DNA of 64,000 bases from Candidatus Undinarchaeales archaeon (GTDB taxonomy: Archaea > SpSt-1190 > JASMDC01): positions 128,001-192,000 of the forward strand of contig JASMDC010000001.1 in the NCBI GenBank assembly GCA_030753015.1, read 5' to 3'. A program made the position numbers and the translations under genes. Below the pieces are notes generated by a model. The model ran no database searches, was not told the DNA's origin, and saw only the letters and a list, made by a program, of their open reading frames with translations. Shown here piece by piece: positions 18,341 through 28,546 of the stretch (positions are counted from its first letter, which is position 1; every line of letters starts with the position of its first letter).

Positions 18341-20080
18341 ATGGATGTTCTGTGGTTCCAGACGGCAGCGCTCTCCCTTGGATGGGCGTTGGTGTGCCTC
18401 GCCCTAGTCGGTGCACGCCACCGGCTGCGTTGGCTCCACATTGAGGTATCCATCGCTACGTGGCGCACCGTGATCATGCTCACCATCCTCGCTCTGGCGG
18501 TCCGTGTGCTCGCGCCCGCCATAGCTCCCCCCTGGATGGTGGGTTGGACGAACATGGAGCAGGGGCGGGGCATCCTCCTTGACCACAGGACCGGCTACTG
18601 CCTGGACGGGATGCCTGGCTCATGTCGCGAGAGCTTCCCCTTCTACACCGCCGGCTATCCCTTCCTCATCGCGTTGTCTTTCTTCCTCTTTGGCATATCG
18701 GATCTTGCAGCGCTTGCGGTCACCGTGGCAACGTCCGTGCTCTCAGTCCCCCTCGCGTTCCTGTTCGTACATGCTCTCCTCCGCCGCGAGGGACCTGCGG
18801 TGCTCGCTGCACTGCTCGTGGCACTGATGCCCCTCAATGTTGCCTACTCCCTCATGGTGCGCAACGAGGTCCCCTCGGTAGCCGTGGAGCTCTTGGCCCT
18901 CTGGGCGTGTCTTGCCTGGATGCGCCGCGGGGGTCGGTGGACCGCTTTCCTGTGTGCCGCGTCCACTGCCCTGTACGTTCAGATGCGCCCCGAGAACCCG
19001 GCCATCCTCCTCGTCATGGCCGCCCTCGCTCTCGCTCGCAGCCGCCGACCGCCCCTTCCCGTGATGGCATTGGTCGTGGGGCTCGCCCTCGTGGTCCCCC
19101 ACATCGCGGCTCTTCCGTTACATCTCACGACCTATGAGCTGTGCGGGATGTGGTATGCCGATGGGCGCGGATTGTTACGCCACTTCTCACCTGACTTCAT
19201 AATCCGGAACGCAGGATACCTGGCCATCTGGATAAACGCCTGGTACCTGCCTCTCCTTGTCCCTGCACTGGCGCTCCTGGCGCTGGTCGCTCCCCGCCAT
19301 AAAGCGGCCATGACCATAGGTCTGTGGTTCATTGGTAGGCTGACGATCTACCTTCTCCATTCTTTCCCCTACGATCCGCGCTACACCATCAACGTGACCG
19401 TGCCCTTCACGGTCCTTGCAGCACTCGGGGCCCGTCATCTCGCCAGCGGGATCGATTCTGGCCGACGGTGGCTCGTTCCTGGCGTCCTTGCCCTCTCTCT
19501 CCTCGCCTACATCCCCTACGCCTACTCACCTGGATTCGGACAGGAGGGTATCGCCGATGGGCACAGGACAGTGTTCAGGACCGTCCACATTGTCATCATC
19601 CCCCTGGCACTGGCGGGCTTGGGATTCCTCTCGAGCGACCGGCGGGTTCGGGCCCTTGCCATCGTCGTCCTCGTGTATGCTGCTGTAGTGCTCCCCCAGC
19701 CAGATATCGCCGGGATCAGGACCGTGGGCGTCAACGCACAGGTGCGGGAGGCCATAGCTTTCGAGGAGGAGGTGGCCCGACTCATGGGCGATCGTGTCAG
19801 TGGATGCACGGTGGTGACCGAGCGACCCTTCGCAGTAACCCATATCTGGAACACACCTGTGATCTACCTGGAACGGGTGGAGGGGATCGTTTACCGAGTG
19901 GCGGCCGGAGAGTGTCTTTACTTGTACGAAACGCGTGAGTGCGCTGACGAATGGTGCCGCGCCTTACACGACAATCCCGACATCACGCTCGAGCCCTTGC
20001 AGAGCGATCTAGCGCCCCCTCCTGGTGTAGCTCACTGGCTCCAGAAGGTGACCGTCTACCGGATCCGTCCCTCTGTGTGA
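18341..20080 (+). CDS. GT-C-like polytopic membrane protein (putative glycosyltransferase)
   Basis: More than 10 TM segments, GYPFLIALSFFLFG, AALLVALMP, RPEN motif. Confidence 0.65.
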   Translation: MDVLWFQTAALSLGWALVCLALVGARHRLRWLHIEVSIATWRTVIMLTILALAVRVLAPAIAPPWMVGWTNMEQGRGILLDHRTGYCLDGMPGSCRESFPFYTAGYPFLIALSFFLFGISDLAALAVTVATSVLSVPLAFLFVHALLRREGPAVLAALLVALMPLNVAYSLMVRNEVPSVAVELLALWACLAWMRRGGRWTAFLCAASTALYVQMRPENPAILLVMAALALARSRRPPLPVMALVVGLALVVPHIAALPLHLTTYELCGMWYADGRGLLRHFSPDFIIRNAGYLAIWINAWYLPLLVPALALLALVAPRHKAAMTIGLWFIGRLTIYLLHSFPYDPRYTINVTVPFTVLAALGARHLASGIDSGRRWLVPGVLALSLLAYIPYAYSPGFGQEGIADGHRTVFRTVHIVIIPLALAGLGFLSSDRRVRALAIVVLVYAAVVLPQPDIAGIRTVGVNAQVREAIAFEEEVARLMGDRVSGCTVVTERPFAVTHIWNTPVIYLERVEGIVYRVAAGECLYLYETRECADEWCRALHDNPDITLEPLQSDLAPPPGVAHWLQKVTVYRIRPSV

Positions 20081-20084
20081 TGGG

Positions 20085-21887
20085 TTAGGAGCAGGGCTCC
20101 CGGCCGGACACCCTGACGAAGCGTTCGCCCACCTTCTCGACACCGAGCGGCTCTAGCACGACCTGGTGGGTGTTCTTGCCCGTTTTCACCTCGATGATGG
20201 TGGCGTTGGCCTCCACCTTGTACCCGGGGATGCGCTCTGCGTCGGCCGATGGGACAGCGAGAACGACGTATGGGCCAGGATTGATAGCAGATACTTCATA
20301 GTGGCCGTACTCGTTCGTTGTCGCGTGTCGCACCTCTCCTAGGTTACGGTCCAGGGGAGCGAAGAAGAGCTCCACGAACCGCGGCGGATTCCCGTCCACG
20401 AAACCGAGTGGCATGAGCTCCCTTTCCTCCACCCGGGCGGAGCCCTCGCACAGCACGCGACCCTGCTCGGATACAGTTCCCTCGATGGAGGAGAACATCT
20501 CCACCTCGACTTCCTTTGAGAACGAGCGCCCGATGTTCACACGCTCGGACCAGCGTGCCAGACCCGGCTCATCAGGGGTGATCACAAGGTCGTGGACCTT
20601 GCACTGTACCTGGTCCTTGGAGAATTCTCCTCCTTCGTACTGGTCGCAACAGGAGCCGATGCAGACCAATCCCGAGCTCGAGCCCTTTATCGAAAGGTCC
20701 ACGGAGCATGAGCCCTGACAGAGACCATCGACCTTTGCCGGTGCGCCCACCTCGGCCTCCGAGAGCTCGGCCGTGGGCTCGTCCCCTTTGAGGAAGACCC
20801 CGAGCTGGAACCAGAAGGATAAAGGCCGGGATTCCTGGCTCACCACATTGGAGGTTGGAGCGAGGTCCGTGACCGAGATCATTACGGGGAAGGTGACATT
20901 GTAGCGCACGAAGTAGAACGATGAGCAGGTCTTCTTCTCAACGGAGAAGGGGAGGAGGGGCCGCGGTATATAACGCACCTCCTTGGTGCTCTCGTACTCC
21001 TTCCGCCCCTCGTTGGCCAGGAGGGTGAAGTTCACGTCGCGGTCGTTGAGCACCGCGTTCCAGTGGATGTTCACGGCCTTCTTGGCCCGAACGCGGCGGA
21101 GCTCGCGGGCGACGGCGAGCTTCGCATTCTCGCGGAAGGGGTAGATGAGCTCGTTCCGATGCTTTGATGGCGGATTGTCACAATCGATGTTCTTGGCCGC
21201 TTCGCCACCGGGTGGTGTGGGGATGCGATAGTCCTGGATGAGCGATGTGAGCAATGCCTTCTCCACCATCCGCGTGCCCTTGTACTCCTCCACGTACACC
21301 TCGGCCTGGTCACGTAGCGTCTTGATGCGGAGGGGGAGCACGATTTGGAACTCCTCGTCGCTTGTTGCGTCGGATTCATCGGCTCCAAGGGCCTTCACCG
21401 CGAGCGCCATAGTGACCTTGACATCGTTATCGGTGAGATCGGCGGTCACCCGCGGCATCCCGATGTCCACTCCGGGCTTGGAACGGTGGTGCTCCAGGGC
21501 GTTGAGCATGCGGCGCTCGATGTCCCGGGCGAGCATCTCCTCCATGACCTCGACAGTGGGGACGTTGACCACGCGGCCCCGGTAGAACCAGTAGGGCACT
21601 GAGACATGGTTGAGCGCGGGCACGTTCCCTGGTGCGTAGCCGCCATGTGTGGCCATGTCCCAGACAGCGTCGTACACTGCCGTCCGAAGCCGTGCCTCCA
21701 CGGCGGTATGAAGGTTCTCCATGGTCTCTTTGAGCGAGATCGCATCGGTCTCCTTGATAGCGATCCGGTGCTCGACCTCTCGTCCCTTGAGCATGGAGAA
21801 CACGATGACGATGATGGCGATGGCCACGGCGATGAGCCCGATCATCGAGATCTGGCCCTTTCCAGTGGTCGGCACGCGACAGCGCAT
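20085..21887 (-). CDS. Large protein with archaeal class III (type IV pilin-like) signal peptide
   Basis: GKGQ|ISMIGLIAVAIAIIVIVFSML followed by a long helix, then beta-rich domains. Confidence 0.7.
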   Translation of the reverse strand: MRCRVPTTGKGQISMIGLIAVAIAIIVIVFSMLKGREVEHRIAIKETDAISLKETMENLHTAVEARLRTAVYDAVWDMATHGGYAPGNVPALNHVSVPYWFYRGRVVNVPTVEVMEEMLARDIERRMLNALEHHRSKPGVDIGMPRVTADLTDNDVKVTMALAVKALGADESDATSDEEFQIVLPLRIKTLRDQAEVYVEEYKGTRMVEKALLTSLIQDYRIPTPPGGEAAKNIDCDNPPSKHRNELIYPFRENAKLAVARELRRVRAKKAVNIHWNAVLNDRDVNFTLLANEGRKEYESTKEVRYIPRPLLPFSVEKKTCSSFYFVRYNVTFPVMISVTDLAPTSNVVSQESRPLSFWFQLGVFLKGDEPTAELSEAEVGAPAKVDGLCQGSCSVDLSIKGSSSGLVCIGSCCDQYEGGEFSKDQVQCKVHDLVITPDEPGLARWSERVNIGRSFSKEVEVEMFSSIEGTVSEQGRVLCEGSARVEERELMPLGFVDGNPPRFVELFFAPLDRNLGEVRHATTNEYGHYEVSAINPGPYVVLAVPSADAERIPGYKVEANATIIEVKTGKNTHQVVLEPLGVEKVGERFVRVSGREPCS

Positions 21888-24649
21888 CAACACGACGCCT
21901 CCTGGGTGTTCTTCCAGTTACCGGGATTGCCCTGGACCTGGATGAAAGTGGAGTCCTCGCTGTACTCATTCCCCGCCTCCACGCCGATGGTCACCCTGAG
22001 CCGGGAGCCGGGGGCCGGGGGGTTCGGGCAGAGGCGCACATCGGAGAGATGGATGCGGGTGCCGGCAGACGTCATGGTGACATAAGTTATGTCCGGGGAT
22101 ACGTCATAGGAGCCGATGCTGACCTTGAAGCTACCCTTATCGAGCTGTATGGGCGACTCGAGCTGGAGGTACACGTCCATGTCGAACCCGAGAGTGGCCA
22201 GGAGCACGAAGAGCGGATTCTCGAGCGTCCCCGGTTCGACCTTGGTGACCTTTACCGCGAGGGGGGTCTGATCGAGAACCATGAAACCCTCCCAAGCGCT
22301 CCCCTTCCTACCGAGGTAGTTCACAGAGAGGGTGATGAAGTTACCCTTCGGTCTGGTGGCCGAGCGGAACGTGCCTACGACGTCCCACCACCCTGTGAGT
22401 GGATCGTAGGCGGGCGTGACGGCCATCGCGTCGAGGTTGCCTATGGCCAGCTTGACGGCGTCCCGGGGCAGGAAGGTGATGTCCGTGCTCTTCTTGTCCG
22501 TGATGGTGGTCACCACTTTCACCGAGGTCCCGAACTCCAGCCGCTGCAGGCTGACCTTGTTCGGCGACGTGGTCTTGAACGAGATGTCCAGCTCGGCAAG
22601 TTCCTCGGGGAACCATACCTCGAACGGTCGGCGGATGATATGGGTCTCCCCGCCGAACTCGACCAGAAGGAACGCTTCGGTGAGCCCAGGCTCCAGTTCA
22701 CCCCTGAAGCGCATGGAGATACGCCAACCTTGGGCCGGGGAGATGTACTGGATCCGCTCGTCCGTTGATGCAATCCCGCCGAGCCTACCGCTCACTGCGA
22801 CCTGGTTGGTCTTGGAGCCGTCGAGCATCTTCCCCTTGAACCGGAGGTGGCCGGTCCACGCAAGCTCGCTCCCGCGCTCGATGGCGTCGCTGCGGGCATG
22901 ATCGGTGGACAGACCGTCGAGCTCGAACTCCAGAACGAGGGGCTGGCAACCACTGGGCGTGCACACGTCGCCAGTTATACAGGAGGACACTGCTTTCCTG
23001 TTCTCGTCGAGGCACACACAATTGCCGTTGCAGATCTCGCTCATCTCGATACAGGACAGGGTCTGGATGCCGTGCTTCGCCAGGCACTCGCCCTGCTCGT
23101 ACACGATGATGAACGGCGATCGGACCAGCTCCGATTCGTGGCATCCGTCCGATGTGCACTGCGCGTTGAAGGCGCAGACGTCGATGGCCTTATCTTCTGA
23201 GAAGCAGAGGCAGAGTGGGGCAGCATGAGATGTTGGGAGGCACGAGGCGCCCTCGGGGATGCATGGTAGCTTGTATCGTCCCACGGGGAACGAACCACCC
23301 ATGCACAGGTCCGACATGGCCGTGGCGATGGTCGGACGCCATTCCTTGATCTCGATACCTGTGGAGGCAACGGCCTTGAGCTTACCCCCCTTGTACACAG
23401 TGGTCTTGAGCACATAGTCGCCCGAGGGGACGCCCTCATCGATGGGGAGTTGACTGGTCGTGCAACCGGGGGCCTCTTGCTCGGACACGCGTACGTGCTC
23501 GCTGTCCACGAGCTCGAGCTTGCACAGGTCGCCGTCGGCCTCGGTGTGGGCTGAGATGGTCTCGCCTGCAGTGTAGCTGTTCTTATCGGTCTTGGTCGCC
23601 GCGGCGGTGTACCCCAGGCCGCGGAACTCCACAGAGAACGTTGACGAGCCCGTCTGGTCGTCCCCTTGGGCGCGTACCTCGACAGTGTACGTGCCAGGTG
23701 CCCAGGCCGTGGCGGTGCCGATTGCTATGTCCTTGCACGACTCCACGTGCACCGCTTCGACCACAGCTCCCTGGGGGTCCCTGATCCGGATGTCACAGGC
23801 CTCTAGCTCCTGGTCGGAGGACGTACTCACCGTGAAGTCCGAACCGAGGTACACGACCCGCCTGTCGGACGACGCCGTGAAGGGAAGGGCTGAGGCTTTG
23901 ACCTTCACGGACCGTCGTGCCAGCTTGACCGTGCGACCGGTGATCGAGAAGATGTACAGGTCGTGGGTGCCTGCGGCCGTGTCGCCGCTGGTCCCAAGTC
24001 CGAACCGCTCGCACCCGAACGAGAGGGTCCGGGCGAGCAGGGTACCGTCCGGGCTCAGCAGCGCTGCACCGCACAGACTACCGCCGGGGGCAGGGATCGC
24101 GATGCGGTCACCTGCGGTGATGTCCGGCGCAGGAAAGCTAAGGTCGAGCTCGTCGCCCTGCCAGGTGAGGGAGAATGTGATGTTGAAACGCATGTTATCA
24201 ACGTCGCGGAGCACGGTGCGGTGTGTCGGAAGGCGCAGGTTCACGAGGCGTTCCTTGACGTCATAGCCCCCCGTTATGGGGAACTGCCGGGGCACGTATG
24301 CGAGGTTCAGGGTGACGCGGGCGGACATACCGTCCCGCTCGAATCCGTCGAGGAGCAGGATGGGCCGCTCGATGATGGAGACTACAACCCCTGCATCGGA
24401 TCCTGTCGCGGTACGTTTCGCCGAGCAACTGGTGGCCTGCTGGAAGTGGGTCTCACAAAGAGCCTCAAGGTCCGCATCGGTCACCTTGGTGCTCACATAG
24501 TCGGATGGGAGCAGGACCGAGACGGTCGTCAGAGCTTCCGTGAGCGAGGAGACATCGGTCTCCTCCACAACCTGGGTGACCTCGACGACCTCGGCGGTAG
24601 CACTGACGAGAAGGAGCACCACCAGCACCAGAACTCTGCATACCGCCAC
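21887..24649 (-). CDS. Large secreted protein with Ig-like and Cys-rich domains
   Basis: Sec signal peptide (VLVLVVLLLVSATA), PGTYTVEV, TDKNSYTAGETI, central Cys-rich duplicated segment. Confidence 0.7.
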   Translation of the reverse strand: MAVCRVLVLVVLLLVSATAEVVEVTQVVEETDVSSLTEALTTVSVLLPSDYVSTKVTDADLEALCETHFQQATSCSAKRTATGSDAGVVVSIIERPILLLDGFERDGMSARVTLNLAYVPRQFPITGGYDVKERLVNLRLPTHRTVLRDVDNMRFNITFSLTWQGDELDLSFPAPDITAGDRIAIPAPGGSLCGAALLSPDGTLLARTLSFGCERFGLGTSGDTAAGTHDLYIFSITGRTVKLARRSVKVKASALPFTASSDRRVVYLGSDFTVSTSSDQELEACDIRIRDPQGAVVEAVHVESCKDIAIGTATAWAPGTYTVEVRAQGDDQTGSSTFSVEFRGLGYTAAATKTDKNSYTAGETISAHTEADGDLCKLELVDSEHVRVSEQEAPGCTTSQLPIDEGVPSGDYVLKTTVYKGGKLKAVASTGIEIKEWRPTIATAMSDLCMGGSFPVGRYKLPCIPEGASCLPTSHAAPLCLCFSEDKAIDVCAFNAQCTSDGCHESELVRSPFIIVYEQGECLAKHGIQTLSCIEMSEICNGNCVCLDENRKAVSSCITGDVCTPSGCQPLVLEFELDGLSTDHARSDAIERGSELAWTGHLRFKGKMLDGSKTNQVAVSGRLGGIASTDERIQYISPAQGWRISMRFRGELEPGLTEAFLLVEFGGETHIIRRPFEVWFPEELAELDISFKTTSPNKVSLQRLEFGTSVKVVTTITDKKSTDITFLPRDAVKLAIGNLDAMAVTPAYDPLTGWWDVVGTFRSATRPKGNFITLSVNYLGRKGSAWEGFMVLDQTPLAVKVTKVEPGTLENPLFVLLATLGFDMDVYLQLESPIQLDKGSFKVSIGSYDVSPDITYVTMTSAGTRIHLSDVRLCPNPPAPGSRLRVTIGVEAGNEYSEDSTFIQVQGNPGNWKNTQEASC

Positions 24650-24696
24650 ATCGCACCGACCGCTTCCAAAGGTTAAATGGATTTCGGATGCCGCCG

Positions 24697-26019
24697 CTAC
24701 TGTCCCATACGCTCCAATGCGTCGTCCACCGAGCCGAATCCGTAGTGGATGTCGGGGAACCGGGCACGGAGTGCGGACACATCGGGAGCGATCTCCTCAG
24801 GCTTCCGATGTGCGAGGAGGACGTCTATGATGAGATCGCACAGCTCCTCGATATCACCCTCCTTGAAGCCTCGCCTAGTGACCTCCTGGAAACCGATGCG
24901 CAGTCCCGAGGGATCGAACACCGCTTTCGGATCGTCGTAGGGGAGCATGTTCATGTTGAGGATGATGTTGGCTCGTTCCATGGCCTCGGCGACGGCCTTC
25001 CCGCCGCCGTGCGCCTGCACGTCGACGGCGATCTGGTGGGAACGCGTGAAGCCCTTGGCCTCGCCGAGCACCTTGATACCGTTCTCGTTGAGGTACTCGC
25101 CCGCCCGCTGTGCGTTGCGCACCGTCTGGGCGGCGAAGGCCTTGCCGAACTCGCGCATCTCCAGGGCCGCGAGGGTGAGTGCGGGGAGCCGCCTGATGTG
25201 GTGGTTCGAGACAGAGATGGGGAATACGCTGTGCTGGACCTTCCTGGCCGCTTTTCGCATGCGCTCGTCATCGGGGTCGACGTTGGCGATGATGATCGCA
25301 CCCTGGGGGCCGGGGAAGGTCTTGTGCGTGGAGGCGGTCATGAAGTCGGCGCCTTCTCTGAGCGGATCCTGGAACTGGCCGCCCGCGATGAGCCCGAGCA
25401 CGTGCGCCGCATCGTACATCACGAAGCCGCCCACCTCGCGGACCACGTCCGCGAGCTCACGGACCGGGTGGGGGAACTGGAACAGACTACCGCCGAAGGT
25501 GACGATGCCCGGCTCGACCTTCCGGATGATCTTCGCCGATTCGTCGGGATCGATGTTCATCTCCTCGACGTTGAAGCCATGGTCCACGGTCTCCAGGCCG
25601 AGGACATGGCCTGCCAGTCCATGGCGGTCATGGCTGATGTGCGCGCCGTAGTTGACAGGCGCCACCACCATCCGCAGGTTGCCCGTCACCCTGGACAGAC
25701 CCCGGAAGGTGCACATGTTCGCGATGCATCCTGAGACGGGGCGAACATCGATGAAGCTGGCGCCCAGGAGATCCTTCAGGGCCTGGGCGGCCAGACGCTC
25801 TATCGGGCCTATGAACCGCTGCCCCTGGTAGAACCGCATGGTGGGAAAACCATCAAGGTCGTTCATTCCCTCGGCGTAACGATGCCAGAGGTCGTGACAT
25901 CGATCGTACATCTCGTGAACGGCCGGCGAGGGGCAGCCCTCGCTGGCGATGAGATTGATCGTCTCCTCGCCACGCCATTGCTCATGGCCGTTCACGACAT
26001 CGACAAGCTCCCGTATCAT
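24697..26019 (-). CDS. glyA: Serine hydroxymethyltransferase (archaeal type)
   Basis: INLIASE, HRYAEG, GAHISH, YDAAHVLGL, STHKTFPGPQG, SGLRIG. Confidence 0.96.
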   Translation of the reverse strand: MIRELVDVVNGHEQWRGEETINLIASEGCPSPAVHEMYDRCHDLWHRYAEGMNDLDGFPTMRFYQGQRFIGPIERLAAQALKDLLGASFIDVRPVSGCIANMCTFRGLSRVTGNLRMVVAPVNYGAHISHDRHGLAGHVLGLETVDHGFNVEEMNIDPDESAKIIRKVEPGIVTFGGSLFQFPHPVRELADVVREVGGFVMYDAAHVLGLIAGGQFQDPLREGADFMTASTHKTFPGPQGAIIIANVDPDDERMRKAARKVQHSVFPISVSNHHIRRLPALTLAALEMREFGKAFAAQTVRNAQRAGEYLNENGIKVLGEAKGFTRSHQIAVDVQAHGGGKAVAEAMERANIILNMNMLPYDDPKAVFDPSGLRIGFQEVTRRGFKEGDIEELCDLIIDVLLAHRKPEEIAPDVSALRARFPDIHYGFGSVDDALERMGQ

Positions 26020-26106
26020 ATGTTCTCACCAGGTGAAACCCGCAGGGGGTAACAGACCGTGCCAAGTTGACTATTATATAAAAACTTCGTGGATGGACGC
26101 GCACCA

Positions 26107-26484
26107 TCACCGGTGCAGGGGTGAGAGCGCACAGAGAAGGGCGTCCCCCGCCTCGAAACGGTCCACGGATGCCAGTGTATGGAAGTGGCCTTTCACGCTC
26201 ACGATGATGACGTCCCCCTCCTCGACCCGTCCGAGGTGGTCTACGGGAACGGGCTCGCGGAGGTCCGATGCGTCAGTCAGGTTCACGTGCCCCAGCTTGC
26301 GGAAGGCATCGTAGGGATTCTTGCACGGCGCCAGATGGATAAAGGACGTATAGGCGTTGACGAGATCGAGGATGGTCGACATCCGGGCCTGGCACTCGAT
26401 GAGCCGGTTGATGTCCATGTCCAGGGCCGAATCGCCGGTGCCACGGTCCCTCTCTATCTGCGGTCGGTCGTCCTTTTCCAGCAT
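26107..26484 (-). CDS. Hypothetical protein
   Basis: Codon style consistent with the genome, TATA-like element upstream; no motif. Confidence 0.5.
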   Translation of the reverse strand: MLEKDDRPQIERDRGTGDSALDMDINRLIECQARMSTILDLVNAYTSFIHLAPCKNPYDAFRKLGHVNLTDASDLREPVPVDHLGRVEEGDVIIVSVKGHFHTLASVDRFEAGDALLCALSPLHR

Positions 26485-26626
26485 GACGCTTGCCGGTTGA
26501 ACCCTAGACCCATCGAAATAAAAAGGTTTCAGGGATGGGCGCCCGCGCCCCCCAGAGGTCATGCAGAGGTAAGGGGAGAACGGCGGTTGAGTCCGGGTGA
26601 GCGGCACTGACCGGGCACGATCTGAT

Positions 26627-27634
26627 CTACAGTAGGGACCGCACCCTTCCGATCTCTCCCTTGATGTCGTTGTCCAGACTGAGGAACAGGGTGTCGAAAT
26701 AGTACTCGTGGAGTGACTGGGCCACCCTCTCGCTCCTGATGACGAACAGCATGTTCGGTCCGGGTTCCGGCTCGTCCCGATGCCCGAAATCCCTCGACAG
26801 GATCTCGTTCGTTGAGGGATCGGTGTACAGGAACGAGCCGATCTTGTCAGTTAGATGGACCTCTGCGACGTGGCCGGCCACCCTCGAGCCGAACGCGACC
26901 TTGACCCTGGGTTTCAGCATATCTATAGCATGTTCGAGGTTATCGAGGTATCTTGCGATGTTCTCCGGACCACCGAAGAGCTCCGGCTCTCTTGCCATGC
27001 GATCGATGTCGATGATGTAGTGGATGAACAGCTTCCTGTCCCTGAGCGTGTCGATGATGGACCTGACATAGCTCGCGAAGCCCGTGGTGCCGATCTCTGC
27101 TCCATCGAGGTACTTCCTCGAGAGGTCCGAACAGAGAGTGGGTATGGTGCAGATCGAGATGATCCTCGACCTCCTGGACGGTTTCGCGTCACGGATGGCG
27201 GATGCGAGGAAGTCCCAGATCTTGTCCTCCTCCCTGATGGAGTACACGAACGATTTCGCAAAGGAGCTCTTGAGCTGGTAGATGTCCTGGACCTGCTTCT
27301 CCACACCTTTCGCTTCCTGCTGGAGCGACCTTATCCCCCGGTCGAGGATGTGTGCGAGCGAGGACGGGTTCGTGGCGAAGTACCGGGTCGGGTGATCGAC
27401 CGTCTTTGAAGCGACCCCCTTTTCGACGAGCGAGTTGAGGATCGTGTAGACCTTCTTCGTCGAGAACGAGATGTTCTCCCGGGAGGAGAAGTCAAGGATC
27501 TCCCTGACGGTCATAGGCACTCCCTCTCTCAGGAGGACGTAGTACATAAGGCACTCCTGTGACGAGAAACCGAACTTCTGGAGGTTGCCCAGGGGCGCAG
27601 GATCGACGACCCTCGGTCGGAGGCTTCCTTCCAC
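26627..27634 (-). CDS. TrmB-family transcriptional regulator
   Basis: LQKFGFS..E..MY..LL, KVYTILNSLVEKG, PTRYFATNP. Confidence 0.85.
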   Translation of the reverse strand: MEGSLRPRVVDPAPLGNLQKFGFSSQECLMYYVLLREGVPMTVREILDFSSRENISFSTKKVYTILNSLVEKGVASKTVDHPTRYFATNPSSLAHILDRGIRSLQQEAKGVEKQVQDIYQLKSSFAKSFVYSIREEDKIWDFLASAIRDAKPSRRSRIISICTIPTLCSDLSRKYLDGAEIGTTGFASYVRSIIDTLRDRKLFIHYIIDIDRMAREPELFGGPENIARYLDNLEHAIDMLKPRVKVAFGSRVAGHVAEVHLTDKIGSFLYTDPSTNEILSRDFGHRDEPEPGPNMLFVIRSERVAQSLHEYYFDTLFLSLDNDIKGEIGRVRSLL

Positions 27635-27675
27635 GGGGATGGAGTGAGCAAGTAACGATAAAAGGTTTCTCCCGG

Positions 27676-28131
27676 TTACTCGATATAGAATCCGTCGCCC
27701 ACCTGCTCGGCGGTCCCGGTCAGGTCCATTATCGTCAGGAGATGGCTGATGTAATCGAGCATCCTCCCGCCGCCCGGATTTCGGGTGGTGACACCGCTTA
27801 CAGTAACATACCCGTCACCCAGGTCGTTAGGAAGGATACCAAGGGTGACCATGTCCCGGATGCCCAGCAGCATCGAGGAGAAGTAGGGAATACCGCCAGA
27901 CTTCCCGGAGTAGTATCGGTTCGCCGTATAGCCGCTCCCATCGCCCAGTTCGCCAGAGGATGTGCAGGTATCGAAGGAGTTGGACGCACCTCCGTAGGAG
28001 AACGCATAGTTGACGACATCATCAGAATCGCGGTCCCGCGATCCACTGTAATAGGGATCGGACTCGAGGGCGTCGTTGAAATGATCGAATGAGGAGGTAG
28101 ACGGATCGAACGGGGATATGAACGGCACCAT
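27676..28131 (-). CDS. Hypothetical Gly/Ser/Asp/Tyr-rich protein
   Basis: 151-aa ORF with three (L/V)GDG(SG)(F/Y) motifs. Confidence 0.5.
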   Translation of the reverse strand: MVPFISPFDPSTSSFDHFNDALESDPYYSGSRDRDSDDVVNYAFSYGGASNSFDTCTSSGELGDGSGYTANRYYSGKSGGIPYFSSMLLGIRDMVTLGILPNDLGDGYVTVSGVTTRNPGGGRMLDYISHLLTIMDLTGTAEQVGDGFYIE

Positions 28132-28546
28132 TCCTTGTTCCTCACGTACCCTCAGCGTCCCCCTGGCGGCCGCCAGGTTCGTTAGCTGACACCAAGGCCG
28201 TCCGTCCCTGAACCGACCTTGTACACTGCCAGCCCTTTCGCTTGGACCGAAGGGTGACTTTTACTGACTATAAACATTTCGCGCCATTTCCCCCGGGGAA
28301 AAGGGGGAAAAATGATCCCCGACGTTCCGATACATTGACGTCCCGTCCAGGGGCTCCCAATAGCGGCCTGCCTACGGATTGATTGGAGAAGGAAACGCAC
28401 CGGTCGGAGGAATGCTCCGTACTGCAAAACGAATTCGGAGCCATCCATTGTTTCCAACTGATGTGTCGGCTATAGGGCCTGGGCGCTCCGTGGCACGCGA
28501 CCGAGCGAACACCTTATAAATCTGCCAGACCCGGGAACGCCTTCAG

